In this document: in pieces, positions 63,693 to 64,000 of the stretch
Numbering within the stretch: position 1 is the first letter of the stretch
How the letters are laid out: each line of letters begins with the position of its first letter
Assembly: GCA_002633005.1 (NCBI GenBank)
Contig: NMRA01000531.1
Coordinates: 202,590-266,589 of the forward strand
Source of the DNA: Phoronis australis
Lineage: Eukaryota > Animalia > Phoronida
Length of the DNA: 64,000 nt
Direction of reading: 5' to 3'
Made by a program: the position numbers and the translations under genes
The notes under the pieces: generated by a model
Told to the model about the DNA's origin: nothing
The model's database searches: none
What the model saw: the letters and a program-made list of their open reading frames with translations, nothing else

Positions 63693-63804
63693 TTGATAAT
63701 CAGATACAACTGTGTCTGAACAGCAAGCAGCCAGCAGTTCCATAACCTTTTGAACTCTCAGCTGATGGCTGTCACCGGCGGTGGAGAAATGCTTGCGTGC
63801 GTGT
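63693..63804 (-). pseudogene. MAEA: MAEA/Gid9 exon (CRA domain); frame open, grouped with the broken exon downstream
   Basis: gctttcag| acceptor (phase 2), CAA|gtatgt donor (phase 0); HARKHFSTAGDSHQLRVQKVMELLAACCSDTVVSDYQ resembles MAEA RHARKHFS...VRQAMGMLAF..DT..SPYK. Confidence 0.78.
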
Positions 63805-64000
63805 CTGAAAGCAAGAGCCAGGCCATTTTAACTTCATCGTGACCAAACAAAACATTGATAGGATTAACTATTAAACACCACATGGCATAGAATCAATCTG
63901 ATTCCCCACATTTGTCTAATTCTAGTTGTGAACCCTAGATTGGAGTGCCATAACTGTGTACAAAATGTTCACATGTGTAAGCAGCTTAAGGTTTTGTTTT

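Overview
AT-rich animal genomic DNA, probably from a marine invertebrate (inferred from the repeat families and gene content), with three N gaps. (1) Plus strand 5008-39534: a CIN85/CD2AP-family (SH3KBP1-like) adaptor gene. I rebuilt 13 coding exons by hand, and all have GT-AG ends and matching phases. They encode three SH3 domains, a proline-rich region, a capping-protein-interaction motif and a C-terminal coiled coil; the ATG-bearing first exon was not found. (2) Between SH3B and SH3C lies a stop-free 10.4-kb ORF (17696-28089) with an in-phase splice acceptor, its own stop and a downstream AATAAA. It looks like a giant alternative terminal exon giving a ~3740-aa isoform with a 37-aa tandem repeat, and it is the most interesting feature of the window. 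(3) Minus strand: four 3' exons of a protein with a C-terminal death domain (56408 to 45318), and two MAEA/Gid9 exons (63804 to 62744), the second frameshifted and ending at a U12-type donor. (4) Many mobile elements: paired inverted PIF/Harbinger MITEs, an Academ-like element nested in a MITE, Helentron/HINE-like repeats, a Tc1/mariner-type element, Kolobok-type elements, a Penelope remnant, an ISL2EU-like element and a degraded DIRS retrotransposon, plus 40-bp and 36-bp minisatellites. All calls were made by eye; no database searches were run.
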